A stretch of DNA of 52,484 nucleotides, taken from the NCBI GenBank assembly GCA_001769295.1, contig MEOR01000108.1, positions 76,596 through 129,079 of the forward strand, read 5' to 3'. How positions within the stretch are numbered: the first letter of the stretch is position 1; each line of letters starts with the position of its first letter. Source of the stretch: Bacteroidetes bacterium GWF2_49_14. Its GTDB lineage: Bacteria; Bacteroidota; Bacteroidia; Bacteroidales; UBA12481. Below, piece after piece: positions 17,913-28,900 of this stretch. Position numbers and translations under genes: made by a program. The notes under the pieces are model-generated. The model was not told the DNA's origin, did no database searches, and worked only from the letters and a program-made list of their open reading frames with translations.

Positions 17913-19148
17913 ATGGAAAGCATTAACCTCATTGATACGTTTTCAGAGTTCAGAGAACTGAAAAGCATCGACAGAACGACCATGATGAGTGTTCTGGAGG
18001 ATGTTTTTCGGAGCATGCTTATCAAACGGTTTGGGACCGACGAGAACTTTGACGTTATCATCAACGTTGACAAGGGTGATTTTGAAATCTGGAGAAATCG
18101 TGTGGTAGTCGAGGATGACCAGCTCACCGATCCCAATCTGCAAATCAGCCTGACCGATGCCAAAAAGATCGATGAAGATTATGAGGAGGGTGAGGATGTA
18201 ACCGATGAGGTCAAGCTTGATGATTTTGGCCGCAGGGCTATTCTCTCCTTAAGGCAGAACCTTACCTCCCGCATCATGGAGCTTGAAAAAGACCATGTAT
18301 ACTCGAAGTATAAAGACAAAATCGGCGATATCATCACCGGGGAAGTGTACCAGGTCTGGAACCGGGAAATCCTAATCCTGGATGACGAGGGCAACGAATT
18401 GATCCTTCCGAAATCGGAACAAATCCCATCCGACTTCTTCCGCAAGGGAGACACCCTCCGCGCGGTTGTCATCAAGGTTGACATGCGGAACAATAGCCCG
18501 ATTATCGTTTTATCAAGGACTACACCGGTCTTCCTGCAGCGGTTGTTTGAACTGGAGGTGCCGGAGATTTTCGACGGACTGATCACCATCAAAAAGATTG
18601 TAAGGATTCCCGGCGAACGTGCCAAGGTGGCCGTTGAGTCCTATGATGAGCGTATCGATCCGGTTGGGGCCTGCGTGGGCATGAAAGGATCGAGGATCCA
18701 TGGTATTGTCAGGGAATTGAGGAATGAAAACATCGATGTAATCAACTATACCGCTAATCTCCAGCTTTTTATACAGAGAGCCCTTAGTCCGGCAAAAATC
18801 AGCTCCATCCGCCTCAATGAGGAGGACCGAAGAGCAGAGGTTTTCCTGAAACCCGAAGAAGTTTCACTGGCTATCGGTAAAGGGGGTTTGAATATCAAGC
18901 TCGCCAGTATGCTGACGGAATATGAAATTGACGTATTCAGGGATGTTGCCGAAGCCGAGGAGGACATTGATCTTGAGGAATTCGCCGATGAGATTGAAGG
19001 CTGGATTCTTGATGAGTTGAAATCTATTGGTTGCGACACCGCTCGGAGTGTGCTGGATTTATCGGTTCAGGAACTGGTGAAACGCACCGATTTGGAAGAA
19101 GAAACTGTTAAGGAGGTGATGAAGGTCCTCCGTTCAGAATTTGAATAA
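17913..19148 (+). CDS. nusA: Transcription termination/antitermination factor NusA
   Basis: FGRRA, S1 and KH domains, LFELEVPEI.DG, RIPGERAKVAV, DPVGACVGMKGSRI, AIGKGG.N. Confidence 0.98.
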   Translation: MESINLIDTFSEFRELKSIDRTTMMSVLEDVFRSMLIKRFGTDENFDVIINVDKGDFEIWRNRVVVEDDQLTDPNLQISLTDAKKIDEDYEEGEDVTDEVKLDDFGRRAILSLRQNLTSRIMELEKDHVYSKYKDKIGDIITGEVYQVWNREILILDDEGNELILPKSEQIPSDFFRKGDTLRAVVIKVDMRNNSPIIVLSRTTPVFLQRLFELEVPEIFDGLITIKKIVRIPGERAKVAVESYDERIDPVGACVGMKGSRIHGIVRELRNENIDVINYTANLQLFIQRALSPAKISSIRLNEEDRRAEVFLKPEEVSLAIGKGGLNIKLASMLTEYEIDVFRDVAEAEEDIDLEEFADEIEGWILDELKSIGCDTARSVLDLSVQELVKRTDLEEETVKEVMKVLRSEFE

Positions 19149-19153
19149 AAACT

Positions 19154-22100
19154 ATGTCAGAGGTAAAAAGATTAAGCAGGGTTGCTAAAGAGTGTAATGT
19201 CGGGATTCAAACGATTGTCGACTTCCTTCACAAGAAGGGGTACGACATAGAGAACAATCCCAACTCTAAAATTCCGCCGGAAGCTTTGATTCTGGTCATG
19301 AAGGAATATCAGAGCGACCTTGCCGCCAAACGGGAAGCTGAGCAATTCAAGGAAGAGCACAAGTTCGAGAACCGAACTACGATCTCTATTGAAGACGCTC
19401 CTGTCCAGCAAGTTGAGGAAGAACCTGAACAGGAAGACACCCTCCTGATCCAGGACACCCGAACCTCAACCAAGTATGACCTGCTCGATCAGGACACTGA
19501 TCTCAAGGAGAAGCGTTCACGCAAGGAGGAGCCGGCTGTCGCAAATATCAGGGTGGATAAGCCTGCCGGGCCAAAGGTTATCGGTAAGATGGACCTGGAG
19601 AAACCGAAGAAGAAGGCGGAGAAGGTTGAGAAGGTTGAAGGGGTTGAAAAGGTTGAAAAGGTTGAAGTGGTTGAAGGGGTTGAAAAGGTTGAAAAGGTTA
19701 AGAAGGGTGAAGTGGTTGAAGGGGTTGAAGGGGTTGAAAAGGTTGAAAAGGTTGAAAAGGTTGAAAAGGTTGAAAAGGTTGAAAAGGTTGAAAAGGTTGA
19801 AAAGGTTGAGAAGGTTGAGAAGGGTGAGAAGGGTGAGAAGGTTGAGAGTAAGAGTGTTGATACTACAGAAGCGGCTGAGGAACAAGTTATTAAAACTGAG
19901 CCGGTTGAGGAGATTACCCGGTTTACTACGGGCAAGGATCTGATTGGGGAAGTTAAAGTTGTTGGAAGGATCGATATCGATTCACTTAACCAGAAGACCC
20001 GGCCTTCAAAAAAATTCAACCGTGATAAAGGTTCACGGGCTCCTGAGCCTGCATCGCCGGCTCAGAAACAGGAACCGGTTCCATCAGGTGAAACGAAGGG
20101 AGAAGTTGAATCTCCGAAAGCGCCAGTTCGAACCGAAGCAACTGCACACCGCATCACCGTTAAAAAATTGGCAGGTCCTACTGTTGTAGGTAAAATCGAC
20201 TTGCCTGCTGAAGGGGAACGCCGAAAAGAAAAAGTTACCGTTACCCTGGCAGATGATATAGCTAAGAAAAAGAAGCGGAAAAGGATCCGCAAGGACAAAG
20301 TTTCGATTGATGAACCGGCTGTTGAACGCGAAGCCGTAAAGGTTGGCAAGAAAAAACCCACCAAGGTTAAGAAGAAACTGGTAAAAGTTGAGATATCTGA
20401 AGAAGATGTTCAAAGGCAGATTAAGGATACCCTCTCCCGGATCACCCCGAAGGGGAAATCCAAAGCCTCCAAACATCGTCGTTCAAAACGTGAAATGAGC
20501 CGCCAATCGGCCCAGGCAGATGCTGACCAGGCCGAATTGGACAGCCATGTTATTCAGGTCACGGAATTTGTGACCGCCAACGAGCTCTCGAGCATGATGA
20601 ACGTGCCGGTTATTGAGATTATCTCAACCTGCATGTCACTTGGCCTGTTTGTCTCGATTAACCAGCGGCTTGATGCGGAAACCATTTCGGTAGTCGCAGA
20701 TGAATTCGGGTTTGAAGTTGAATTCATCAGTGTTGAGGTTCAGGAAGCTATCGAGCAGGCCGAGGACCGTGAGGAAGATCTTAAACCGCGGCCGCCTATT
20801 GTTACCGTGATGGGTCATGTGGACCATGGTAAGACCTCGCTCCTCGACTATATCCGCAAAACAAACATCATAGCCGGCGAAGCTGGCGGAATTACGCAGC
20901 ATATCGGAGCTTACAAGGTTGTGCTCGATAACGGAAAGACCATCACCTTCCTGGATACCCCGGGACACGAGGCTTTTACCGCCATGAGGGCCAGGGGTGC
21001 ACAGGGCGCTGACCTTGCCATCATTGTTATTGCCGCCGATGATGCGGTTATGCCTCAAACAATTGAAGCCATCAACCATGCCGCTGCAGCCAACGTCCCC
21101 ATGGTATTTGCCATCAATAAGATTGACAAGGATGGAGCCAATCCGGAGAAAATCAAGGAACAGCTGGCAGGGATGAACTACCTGGTCGAGGACTGGGGCG
21201 GAAAATACCAGTCGCAGGAAATCTCGGCCAAAAAGGGCGTGGGTGTAGGGGAATTACTGGAAAAGGTATTGCTCGAAGCCGAACTTCTGGATTTGAAAGC
21301 CAACTATGACAAAAATGCCATTGGCTCTGTTATAGAGTCCTCCCTGGATAAGGGCCGCGGATTCGTTACCACGATCCTGATACAGGCCGGAAGTCTTCAT
21401 GTGAGCGACATTCTTCTGGCCGGAAGTTATTTTGGCCGCGTAAAAGCCATGTTCAATGAGCGTGGAAATGTCATTACCGAAGCCGGACCCTCGGAACCTG
21501 TGCTGGTACTTGGACTCAACGGTGCTCCTCAGGCCGGTGACAAATTCCATGTACTCGGAACGGAACGCGAAGCCCGGGAAATTGCATCCAAACGGGAGCA
21601 ACTGCAGCGCGAGCAGGAGATACGGACACGCAAACACATTACCCTGGATGAGATCGGCCGTCGTATTGCCATCGGCAACTTCCAGGAGCTTAATATCATT
21701 GTTAAAGGTGATGTCGACGGTTCCATTGAAGCTCTCTCCGACTCACTGATTAAGCTCTCCACTGAAGAGATACAGGTTAACATCATCCATAAGGCAGTAG
21801 GTCAGATATCCGAAAGTGATATTCTTCTGGCCACTGCATCCAACGCCATCGTGATCGGATTCCAGGTGCGGCCTGCGCTCAGCGCCAGAAAGCTTGCCGA
21901 CAAGGAAGGAATTGAGATCAGGCTATACTCCATCATTTATGACGCAATCAATGAGATCAAGGCCGCTATGGAGGGCATGCTCAGTCCTGAAATCAAGGAA
22001 GAAATCATTGGGACCCTTGAGGTGCTTGAGGCCTTTAAGATCACCAAGGTGGGCACGGTTGCGGGCTGTATTGTCCGTGACGGAAAAATCAACCGGTCAG

Positions 22101-22294
22101 CTAAAGTACGCGTAATCCGGGATGGAATTGTCGTGTATGACGGGCTCCTGGGATCCCTGAAGAGATTCAAGGACGATGTTAAGGAAGTATTTACAGGGCT
22201 TGAGTGCGGCCTGAATATTGACAATTACAATGACATCAAGGTGGGCGACGTGATTGAGCCGTACACCAGCAGGGAGATTAAGAAGACGTTGTAG
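19154..22294 (+). CDS. infB: Translation initiation factor IF-2 with a 75-aa low-complexity (K/G/V-V-E)n insert
   Basis: RPPIVTVMGHVDHGKT, GGITQHIGAY, DTPGHEAF, NKID, KGDVDGS.EAL, LKRFKDDVKEV..G.ECG. Confidence 0.98.
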   Translation: MSEVKRLSRVAKECNVGIQTIVDFLHKKGYDIENNPNSKIPPEALILVMKEYQSDLAAKREAEQFKEEHKFENRTTISIEDAPVQQVEEEPEQEDTLLIQDTRTSTKYDLLDQDTDLKEKRSRKEEPAVANIRVDKPAGPKVIGKMDLEKPKKKAEKVEKVEGVEKVEKVEVVEGVEKVEKVKKGEVVEGVEGVEKVEKVEKVEKVEKVEKVEKVEKVEKVEKGEKGEKVESKSVDTTEAAEEQVIKTEPVEEITRFTTGKDLIGEVKVVGRIDIDSLNQKTRPSKKFNRDKGSRAPEPASPAQKQEPVPSGETKGEVESPKAPVRTEATAHRITVKKLAGPTVVGKIDLPAEGERRKEKVTVTLADDIAKKKKRKRIRKDKVSIDEPAVEREAVKVGKKKPTKVKKKLVKVEISEEDVQRQIKDTLSRITPKGKSKASKHRRSKREMSRQSAQADADQAELDSHVIQVTEFVTANELSSMMNVPVIEIISTCMSLGLFVSINQRLDAETISVVADEFGFEVEFISVEVQEAIEQAEDREEDLKPRPPIVTVMGHVDHGKTSLLDYIRKTNIIAGEAGGITQHIGAYKVVLDNGKTITFLDTPGHEAFTAMRARGAQGADLAIIVIAADDAVMPQTIEAINHAAAANVPMVFAINKIDKDGANPEKIKEQLAGMNYLVEDWGGKYQSQEISAKKGVGVGELLEKVLLEAELLDLKANYDKNAIGSVIESSLDKGRGFVTTILIQAGSLHVSDILLAGSYFGRVKAMFNERGNVITEAGPSEPVLVLGLNGAPQAGDKFHVLGTEREAREIASKREQLQREQEIRTRKHITLDEIGRRIAIGNFQELNIIVKGDVDGSIEALSDSLIKLSTEEIQVNIIHKAVGQISESDILLATASNAIVIGFQVRPALSARKLADKEGIEIRLYSIIYDAINEIKAAMEGMLSPEIKEEIIGTLEVLEAFKITKVGTVAGCIVRDGKINRSAKVRVIRDGIVVYDGLLGSLKRFKDDVKEVFTGLECGLNIDNYNDIKVGDVIEPYTSREIKKTL
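19624..19848 (+). repeat. In-frame 9-bp tandem repeat, 25 units (GGTTGAAAA/GGTTGAAGG/GGTTGAAGT/GGTTGAGAA variants)
   Basis: 225 bp counted unit by unit; includes 8 consecutive perfect GGTTGAAAA units at 19732-19803. Confidence 0.95.
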
Positions 22295-22299
22295 GGAAA

Positions 22300-22497
22300 G
22301 GGGGGTGGGGCGGAAAGCCCCGGGCTGAAGCCCCGGGGTTACTGATGTCTGTCGAAGATGTTTATCTAGTAATTCCTAAGATTTTTACTATGCTAAATAT
22401 CAGTGCCTTGCGTTATTCAATAACTCTTAACAGCAAGGTAGAAGGTTACTCATCAGTAACCCCGGCCTTCAGGCCGGGGGTTTTGTCCCACCCCCCC
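22300..22497. repeat. About 200-bp element with roughly 48-bp imperfect terminal inverted repeats, each containing a REP-like palindrome (REPIN/MITE-like)
   Basis: Left arm 22300-22347 GGGGGGTGGGGCGGAAAGCCCCGGGCTGAAGCCCCGGGGTTACTGATG; right arm 22451-22497 CATCAGTAACCCCGGCCTTCAGGCCGGGGGTTTTGTCCCACCCCCCC; AT-rich core between them. Confidence 0.75.
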
Positions 22498-22508
22498 GGC
22501 AACTGGTT

Positions 22509-22886
22509 TTAGCCGATGAGTTTTTCGTAGGCGGCTGCATCGAGCAGATCATTCAATTCTGAAGGGTCGGTAATTTTTATCCTGATCATCCAGCCTTCGC
22601 CGTAGGGATCCTTGTTAACCACTTCCGGACTGGCTTCCAGGGCGGGATTGATTTCCAGAACTTCTCCGGATACCGGCATATACAGTTCTTCCACAGCTTT
22701 AACAGCCTCAATATTTCCAAAGGCTTCTGATTTGGCAAGAGCTTCGCCGACGGTCTCTATTTCAACAAAAACGATATCCCCCAGATTTGACTGGGCATAA
22801 TCGGTTACTCCAATAAATCCGTTTTCTCCTTCGATCCGGATCCACTCATGGTCCTGGGTGTACTTAAGTTTCTGAGGTACGTTCAT
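22509..22886 (-). CDS. gcvH: Glycine cleavage system H protein (lipoyl carrier)
   Basis: KYTQDHEW, G.TDYAQ..LGDIVFVE, IEAVKAV (lipoyl Lys), N.DPYGEGW. It has its own -7 motif TATTTTTG at 22927-22934 (minus). Confidence 0.96.
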   Translation of the reverse strand: MNVPQKLKYTQDHEWIRIEGENGFIGVTDYAQSNLGDIVFVEIETVGEALAKSEAFGNIEAVKAVEELYMPVSGEVLEINPALEASPEVVNKDPYGEGWMIRIKITDPSELNDLLDAAAYEKLIG

Positions 22887-22946
22887 GGTAATGTTTGTTT
22901 TAGATGTGTATATAGGTTTATGGACCCAAAAATACGAAATTCCCAC

Positions 22947-25900
22947 CTATTTGGTCAAAGTAAATCTCAGATTAAAGCCAACCTTTGTATTGGATGTCGG
23001 ATATGCTGTTGTGACAATCGGTGTATTTACAACCTGATCATAATAGAATCTCAGGTTAAAGCGGCTGTTCAACCTGTAATCCATAGTAAACTTGACGGTT
23101 ACAGCAGTTTGTCCAGAGGTGGGCTTGTTCACTTCCTCCTCAAGCTTCCTCATGATCATGATGTTTTCACGGATCGACAAGTCAAACCGCAGGTCAAGAT
23201 CGGACTGATATTTTCTTTGCCCTCCTGCAGTCCTGATGGTGATAGGTACCTGTTCAAACCGGTAACCGCTGCCGATGATCAGCTCGTTGGATCGATTCTC
23301 CATCATCTGGACGTTGGTGAGGTTCATGGTCAGGTTCCTGCTTTTCTTAACTTCCAACCGGGCCTGGAAACTATTTTCCAGCTGGGCATCAAAACTGATC
23401 AGCGGACTGAGCTGCTCCGAAATGCTGATGGAAGCGATTTCACGCTGCGGGAGGAAGTTGTCCTGCTGATCCCGAATATAGTTCAGTCCGTCAATTTCAT
23501 CCGGGTTATAGTACAGGTTGGTGGTATAGGCACCAATCGAGTAGGTACTCTGATATCCATGTCTGACGTTGAAGTTTCTCAGGAATTTCTTGAAGAATTC
23601 GATCCGTTGCAGGCCTCCGTACTGTACTCCCCACTTCGGCATCATGCTCAATATTCCCGGCATCGGGTTCAGGCTTACAATCCCGGCACTTTTACCGGAA
23701 TAAGCAGCGAGAAAAGCCGGAATCAGAACTTCCGGTGAGGTTGGGCCATAACCATTGGAATAACCGGGAATGGAACCTGCATCAGGGTCGTAGGAGGGGC
23801 TGCCCGAAACCTGATTTGACAACCGTTGCCCGGCAAGGCGTCGGGAGATGGCAATACGGTTATTCTTGAACGCCTCAAAAGCATCAGACTGATAATTATT
23901 TTCGGCTGTCAATTTCTCGAAGGCGGTTCCGATAGTCAGGACCGACATACTGAAAACACCGCCGTATATCACATTCTCAGCCGAAAATCCTCCATTTCCG
24001 TAAATATAGAACTGCTCAAGCTGCCTGTTCGACGAATGGCTGGCATCCAGGGTTATCTTCAGGTCGGTGAGAGGCTCAATGCTGGTCGACAGGCGGAGGG
24101 ACTGGTCTGAGCTGTTAGTATAAGCCTGGTTCAGGGTTGAATCCGTTGTCAGCCAGCCGTTCTGTGCTGCATAATCACCGAAAGCCGGATCCTGCTGCCC
24201 AAAGGCAAAACCGAAACCCGGAGCCAACTTCCCATCGATCCCGCGCATACCGAACAATTGGGGCTCGGGCAGGAAGCCCGGCAATAAGGTTCCGTTTTGG
24301 GTTGTATAATCTACCCTGATACTCTTCACAGCCATCATCAGCCGTAAGAGATTATCAGTCACGAAAATCAAAGGATTGTCCTTAACCTCAATGGTTCCGG
24401 TAATCTCAATACGGGCTCCCGGATACTCCTTATCGGCGGTAATCTTGATTCTCCGTTCATTCACCACTTCCATCTCCACTTCCACAACCCGGTTATTCTG
24501 GTCAAACATCTTGATCTTCACATCCTTGGTCATCAGGTCATGGATAATGATCTTGCCGATATTAGGTTTAATGTTGATTTTATCGGCCTCAAATTTCACT
24601 TCCTTGGTTGGTTTAGCCTGAGCGACATTCGACCGCCGCTTGTATTTGTCATCCACTTTCTTGAGGTAGCCTATCTTATTATAGAGTGACTGCAGGGAAG
24701 CGGTACTGGTGAGCTGGAAACTGCCGTTGTTCTGAATCTGATTACCCAGAACGATGGTATCGGCAGTCAGCGGCCCTGCCGACCAGTCATAATCCAGTCC
24801 GTAGGCTGCATTGGCTGTCAGCCAGTTGAAGAGTGGTATCTTGTTTATCGGAATAACATAGGTAGCATTCAGTGAATGATGGTACTGAATAGGCCTTCCG
24901 CCCGACATGATGTTGTTCCACATGGAGTCCCTTTTCTGCTGATAATCAGCATCTTCCCTCCTCATGGCTCCTTCGGGTTCATCCACGCGGGCTATATTGG
25001 AACTATTGAAATCCACTTTAAGATTGCGGGTGATATCCCATCTGAAATCGAAATTGCTGTTGATGTTGAAGTTCTTGTTATAGGTCGGATCGATCTTCAT
25101 ATCGGGATTGGCCACGTTTCTCAATTGAATCTCACTGTACCTGCGCGCCAGGTTGGTCTGGTACCGGATCATCGCGGGCTGGTAGTAAAGATTGAAATCC
25201 TTGATAATCCTATAGGCAGGCTTATCCAGGTTCTTTGATTTCTTCCAGGGTTCCCAGGGCTTCAGGTTGTTCCCTGAATACACATAGCTGAAAACGCCGT
25301 TGTAATTTCTGTTGAAGTTGGCAGTGGTCTTTATGTTCCGCATGAATGCCTCGCTAAAAGAGTAGGAAACCGAAAAATTGGACAAACTGTAGATTTTTGG
25401 TTCCTTCCTTTTGGTGGGTGATCCCGGATCAATGCGGACATTGGTAAAGTTGATTGATTTTCGCCGGTTATAGTCCTGACTGATGAACAGGATGGAATCG
25501 CGCTCCGCCTTGGAGTCCGCATTGGTCAGTGCAGCCTCCAGCGGAATATCGGGATCCATCGGATTATAGAGCGGATTCCGCATCATTTCGGAATACCCGA
25601 CATACATGGGTAACATCACGCCCGCATTTCTCGGGAAAAGCTTGCCAAGCTGAAGGCTGGACGAAATGTCATATTGCATGATCTCTTCCTTGCTCCGGTC
25701 TGCCACTTTCTTGTCGATGCTGCCGAATCCCGGAACACTGCTTGCTCCTGAAACGGAAAGGTTTCCCAGGTCTGCCAGGTTGGCCGAAAGGCGTGCATTG
25801 GCAGCCCATCCGCCGGATTCATCAAAATCGGTCATTCTCAGCTCATTAAACCAGATGATCCCGGTCTTGCTGAGCCCGTCGTCCGCCAGGTCATTTGTAT

Positions 25901-28900
25901 TCTTCGATCGGTTTCTGACCCCGATCATAAAGGTGCGGACATTGCTCATGTTCGGATTGCCCACAACGATTATGCGGTTTCGTCCGTCAGCCATGGAATA
26001 CAGGGTTTCCAGGGTGATAGAGGATCCCTCACTTCGCATTTCATCGTTCCGGGCTTGTTTGATCGCCTGGAAATCCAGCAGCTCAATATCAAAACTGTTC
26101 TCTTCCGGCCAGACGGTGGTCCGATCGGCCGTGGCCACCTGGTCATACTTTACCGGAGGTTTCAGGTGTGGGGTAAGATTCAGTGGGATCTCATATTCGT
26201 AATAGTTCTGGGTATAGTCCGACCCGATCCTGATGAAAGCCGCCAGATCCCCATCCCTGAGCATGGCTTCATCAACGGCTTCGGCATGGACAAACATTTT
26301 AAGCCGCTTGTACTGACGCATGTCGATGAGCAGGTTACGGAAGGCTGCCCGGCTGTCGCCATCCTCCAGGTCTGCAATTTTAAATTCAATGGACTGCTCA
26401 TTTTTCTGAATCATCTGCGGATTGGTAGGGTCCGTGATACGGGTGATGCCGGGAGGCAGCACATAGTTGACCGGATACCGGTTCCCGTTTTCCTCGATAT
26501 TGACCGCTGAAACTTCAAACTTAGCCCGGGTGTATTCGGGACTGGTGAGGTGTTCTCCTCCTTCGAGAAGACTCAGGTTGTATTTCCGCCACTCACCCCT
26601 GACCAGGTCGAGTGTGGCAAAACGCATATACACAGTTTCACCGAATCCTTTAAGGAACATCCGGATAAACCGTATCGATTTAAAGTCCTGTATGCTTCCG
26701 ATGGCTTTTTGGGGCTCATATACAGGCACTTTGAACTGATACCACGTAACCGGCTCACCCTGGTTGTTTTTCCCGACAATGGCATCCGTGATATAATTTT
26801 TCCCGATCTGGAGATCCTGTTTTCTCATACTGATCTTGTACTGAAAATAGGACTCGGATTCGTTAAGCGTATTATCGAGATTTATATCCTCCACATCCGG
26901 AAGGGTTGTCGACTGGGTAGGATAATCCTCATTGGATTGTTCTGCCGTGGGCGAGTTGGCCTCGAGTCCGTTGAATATTTTGTAACGGTCAAGTATGCTC
27001 AGCTGGATGGCATCCCAATCCTGCCCGCGGTAATAGTGGTAATCATCCCCTGAAGGGTCGGTTAGTATATCCTGATATCTTTCAGAGCCCGGGTTTACAA
27101 TCCGTTGAAGGGAATCCAGATATTTTCCGAAGAAGGTCCTTTCATCCTCATTACCAAGGCCATCCAATCCAACATCCTGCTTCTGCCTGGCCTCAATGTC
27201 ATTATCGAACGCATTGACAAAGGACTGGATAACGGGAACCCTGCCCCATGCCGTTGTATCGATATAGTTTAGCGTGTTGGTTCCGCTCAGTCCGTTCTCA
27301 AAAGATTTACGCCCGTCTTTCAGGATATCTTCAGATATATTCCCAAGGTTGAAATAAAGTGAGGGATCAATATCATCGCGGGTCACTCCGTTCTTCGCAT
27401 CTTCCACATAGGGGTCCATCAGCCAGAACTCGAGGTATTCCACGTTCGCAGCCTCAAAATCGTTTTGTGAAAGCTTGGCCATGATGCCTCCCCAGCGTGA
27501 AGCTGGTGACTTCAGATTCCCGTCGTTGTTCATACCCGATGAAAAGCGCGAGCCGGTGGTCTCATAATTATACGGGCCGCGTTCCTCGGGATAAAAGGCA
27601 AGGTTCAGTACCTGGAGATAGGTTGGTACGTTGTTGGGACTCTCCTTGTAAGGAAATATCTCCTGTTCCTGGATCTCACGGGTAAAGTGGCTGTTCTGCT
27701 GGGCTTCGTCATTGGCGATATGCCCCGGGGTGGCAGAATTGTTTCGCAAAAATAGTGGATCGATATGATACCAGGCCAGCCTGGCGCGATTATAACCGTA
27801 AGTCCAGTCATTACTTAATGAGGCTTCAGGAAAAAGATCGGGCTGCCCGTACGGAGTGCTGGAGAGCACCCAACTCTGCCTTTGTTTCAGGGTAAAGGAG
27901 GTCTCACTTCCTTCGAAATCATCAACCAGAGCTTCACCGCCTTTACTGTCGCCGGAGTTCACGATCTTGGAGTGCCCCGGAATAAGCTGGGCAAACTCAC
28001 CGCTGAAATTAACCACTGAACGCTCCTTGGTCTGAATGAGGGGAAGCTTGTCAATGGCACGGGTCAACCATGGGGCATCCTTCCTGTAGTTGGTATTCAG
28101 GCCCCACATGGTATTGGCAATCGGAATATCATCCAGGCCGACCTTATTGGTCAAAGGCCTTTCACGAAGGTGAAGGATCGTACCCCCGAGGTTAAAATCC
28201 TTATTGAACCGGTACTCCATATGTGTTCCGATCATGGCCTTCGACTGCTGGTTGAAGGTTGAATTATCCTCCAGGGAGATTTTAATGGCCGTTCCTGATT
28301 CGAGAAGCCCCTGATTGATGATTTTGACCGTTCCCATGGTATAATCAACCATATAATCGGCGCCTTCTGTCAGCTTCATTCCACCGGCCGTCACCACAAC
28401 GCTTCCCTGCGGAATATTGGATGCATTCAGCCTTATTTCAGATGAAGAGGATGACTTGTAGGATCCCCGGAGCAGAAATTTATTTTTCTCAGCAGTCTGC
28501 CGGGCTACAGTCTGGGTTTGGCCATAGAGTTCCTCAAATACGTATTGGTCCGCGATCTCTGTGTTCGCGGGGTTTCCTCCTGTTATTTTCTTTCGCAGGT
28601 AGGAGCCGAAGGGCTCGAGGACCGGAAAAATGATCCGGCCTTTGGTGGAATTGACCGTTATACCTTCAATATAGTCAAAAACTCCGTCGGGCTGCGGGTC
28701 CAGCTGTCCGTTAAGGTTGTCCAGATTTAAAACCTTGACCAGCCGATCGCCGTTAATCGCTCCCTCAGGAATATAGTTGATCGCATTTCCGGTTTTATCA
28801 TTCTGGTACAAAATGTCAAGCTGGAACTCATCCTTGTTTAGGCGGCCCGACCCGAGTGCATAAATGTTCTTCATCATCAGGTCCCATGTCGGAAGGCTTG

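Noticed and set aside
19476-20019. Alternative-frame ORFs with (RLK)n, (STF)n and (NLF)n repeats
   Set aside because: They are open only because the 9-bp repeat lacks stops in those frames; they are shadows of infB.
22848-23738. 296-aa plus-strand ORF antisense to the sprA 3' end and gcvH (also 32145-32813, 36133-36816 and similar)
   Set aside because: Fully antisense to well-conserved genes with no recognisable motifs; typical codon-bias shadow ORFs.
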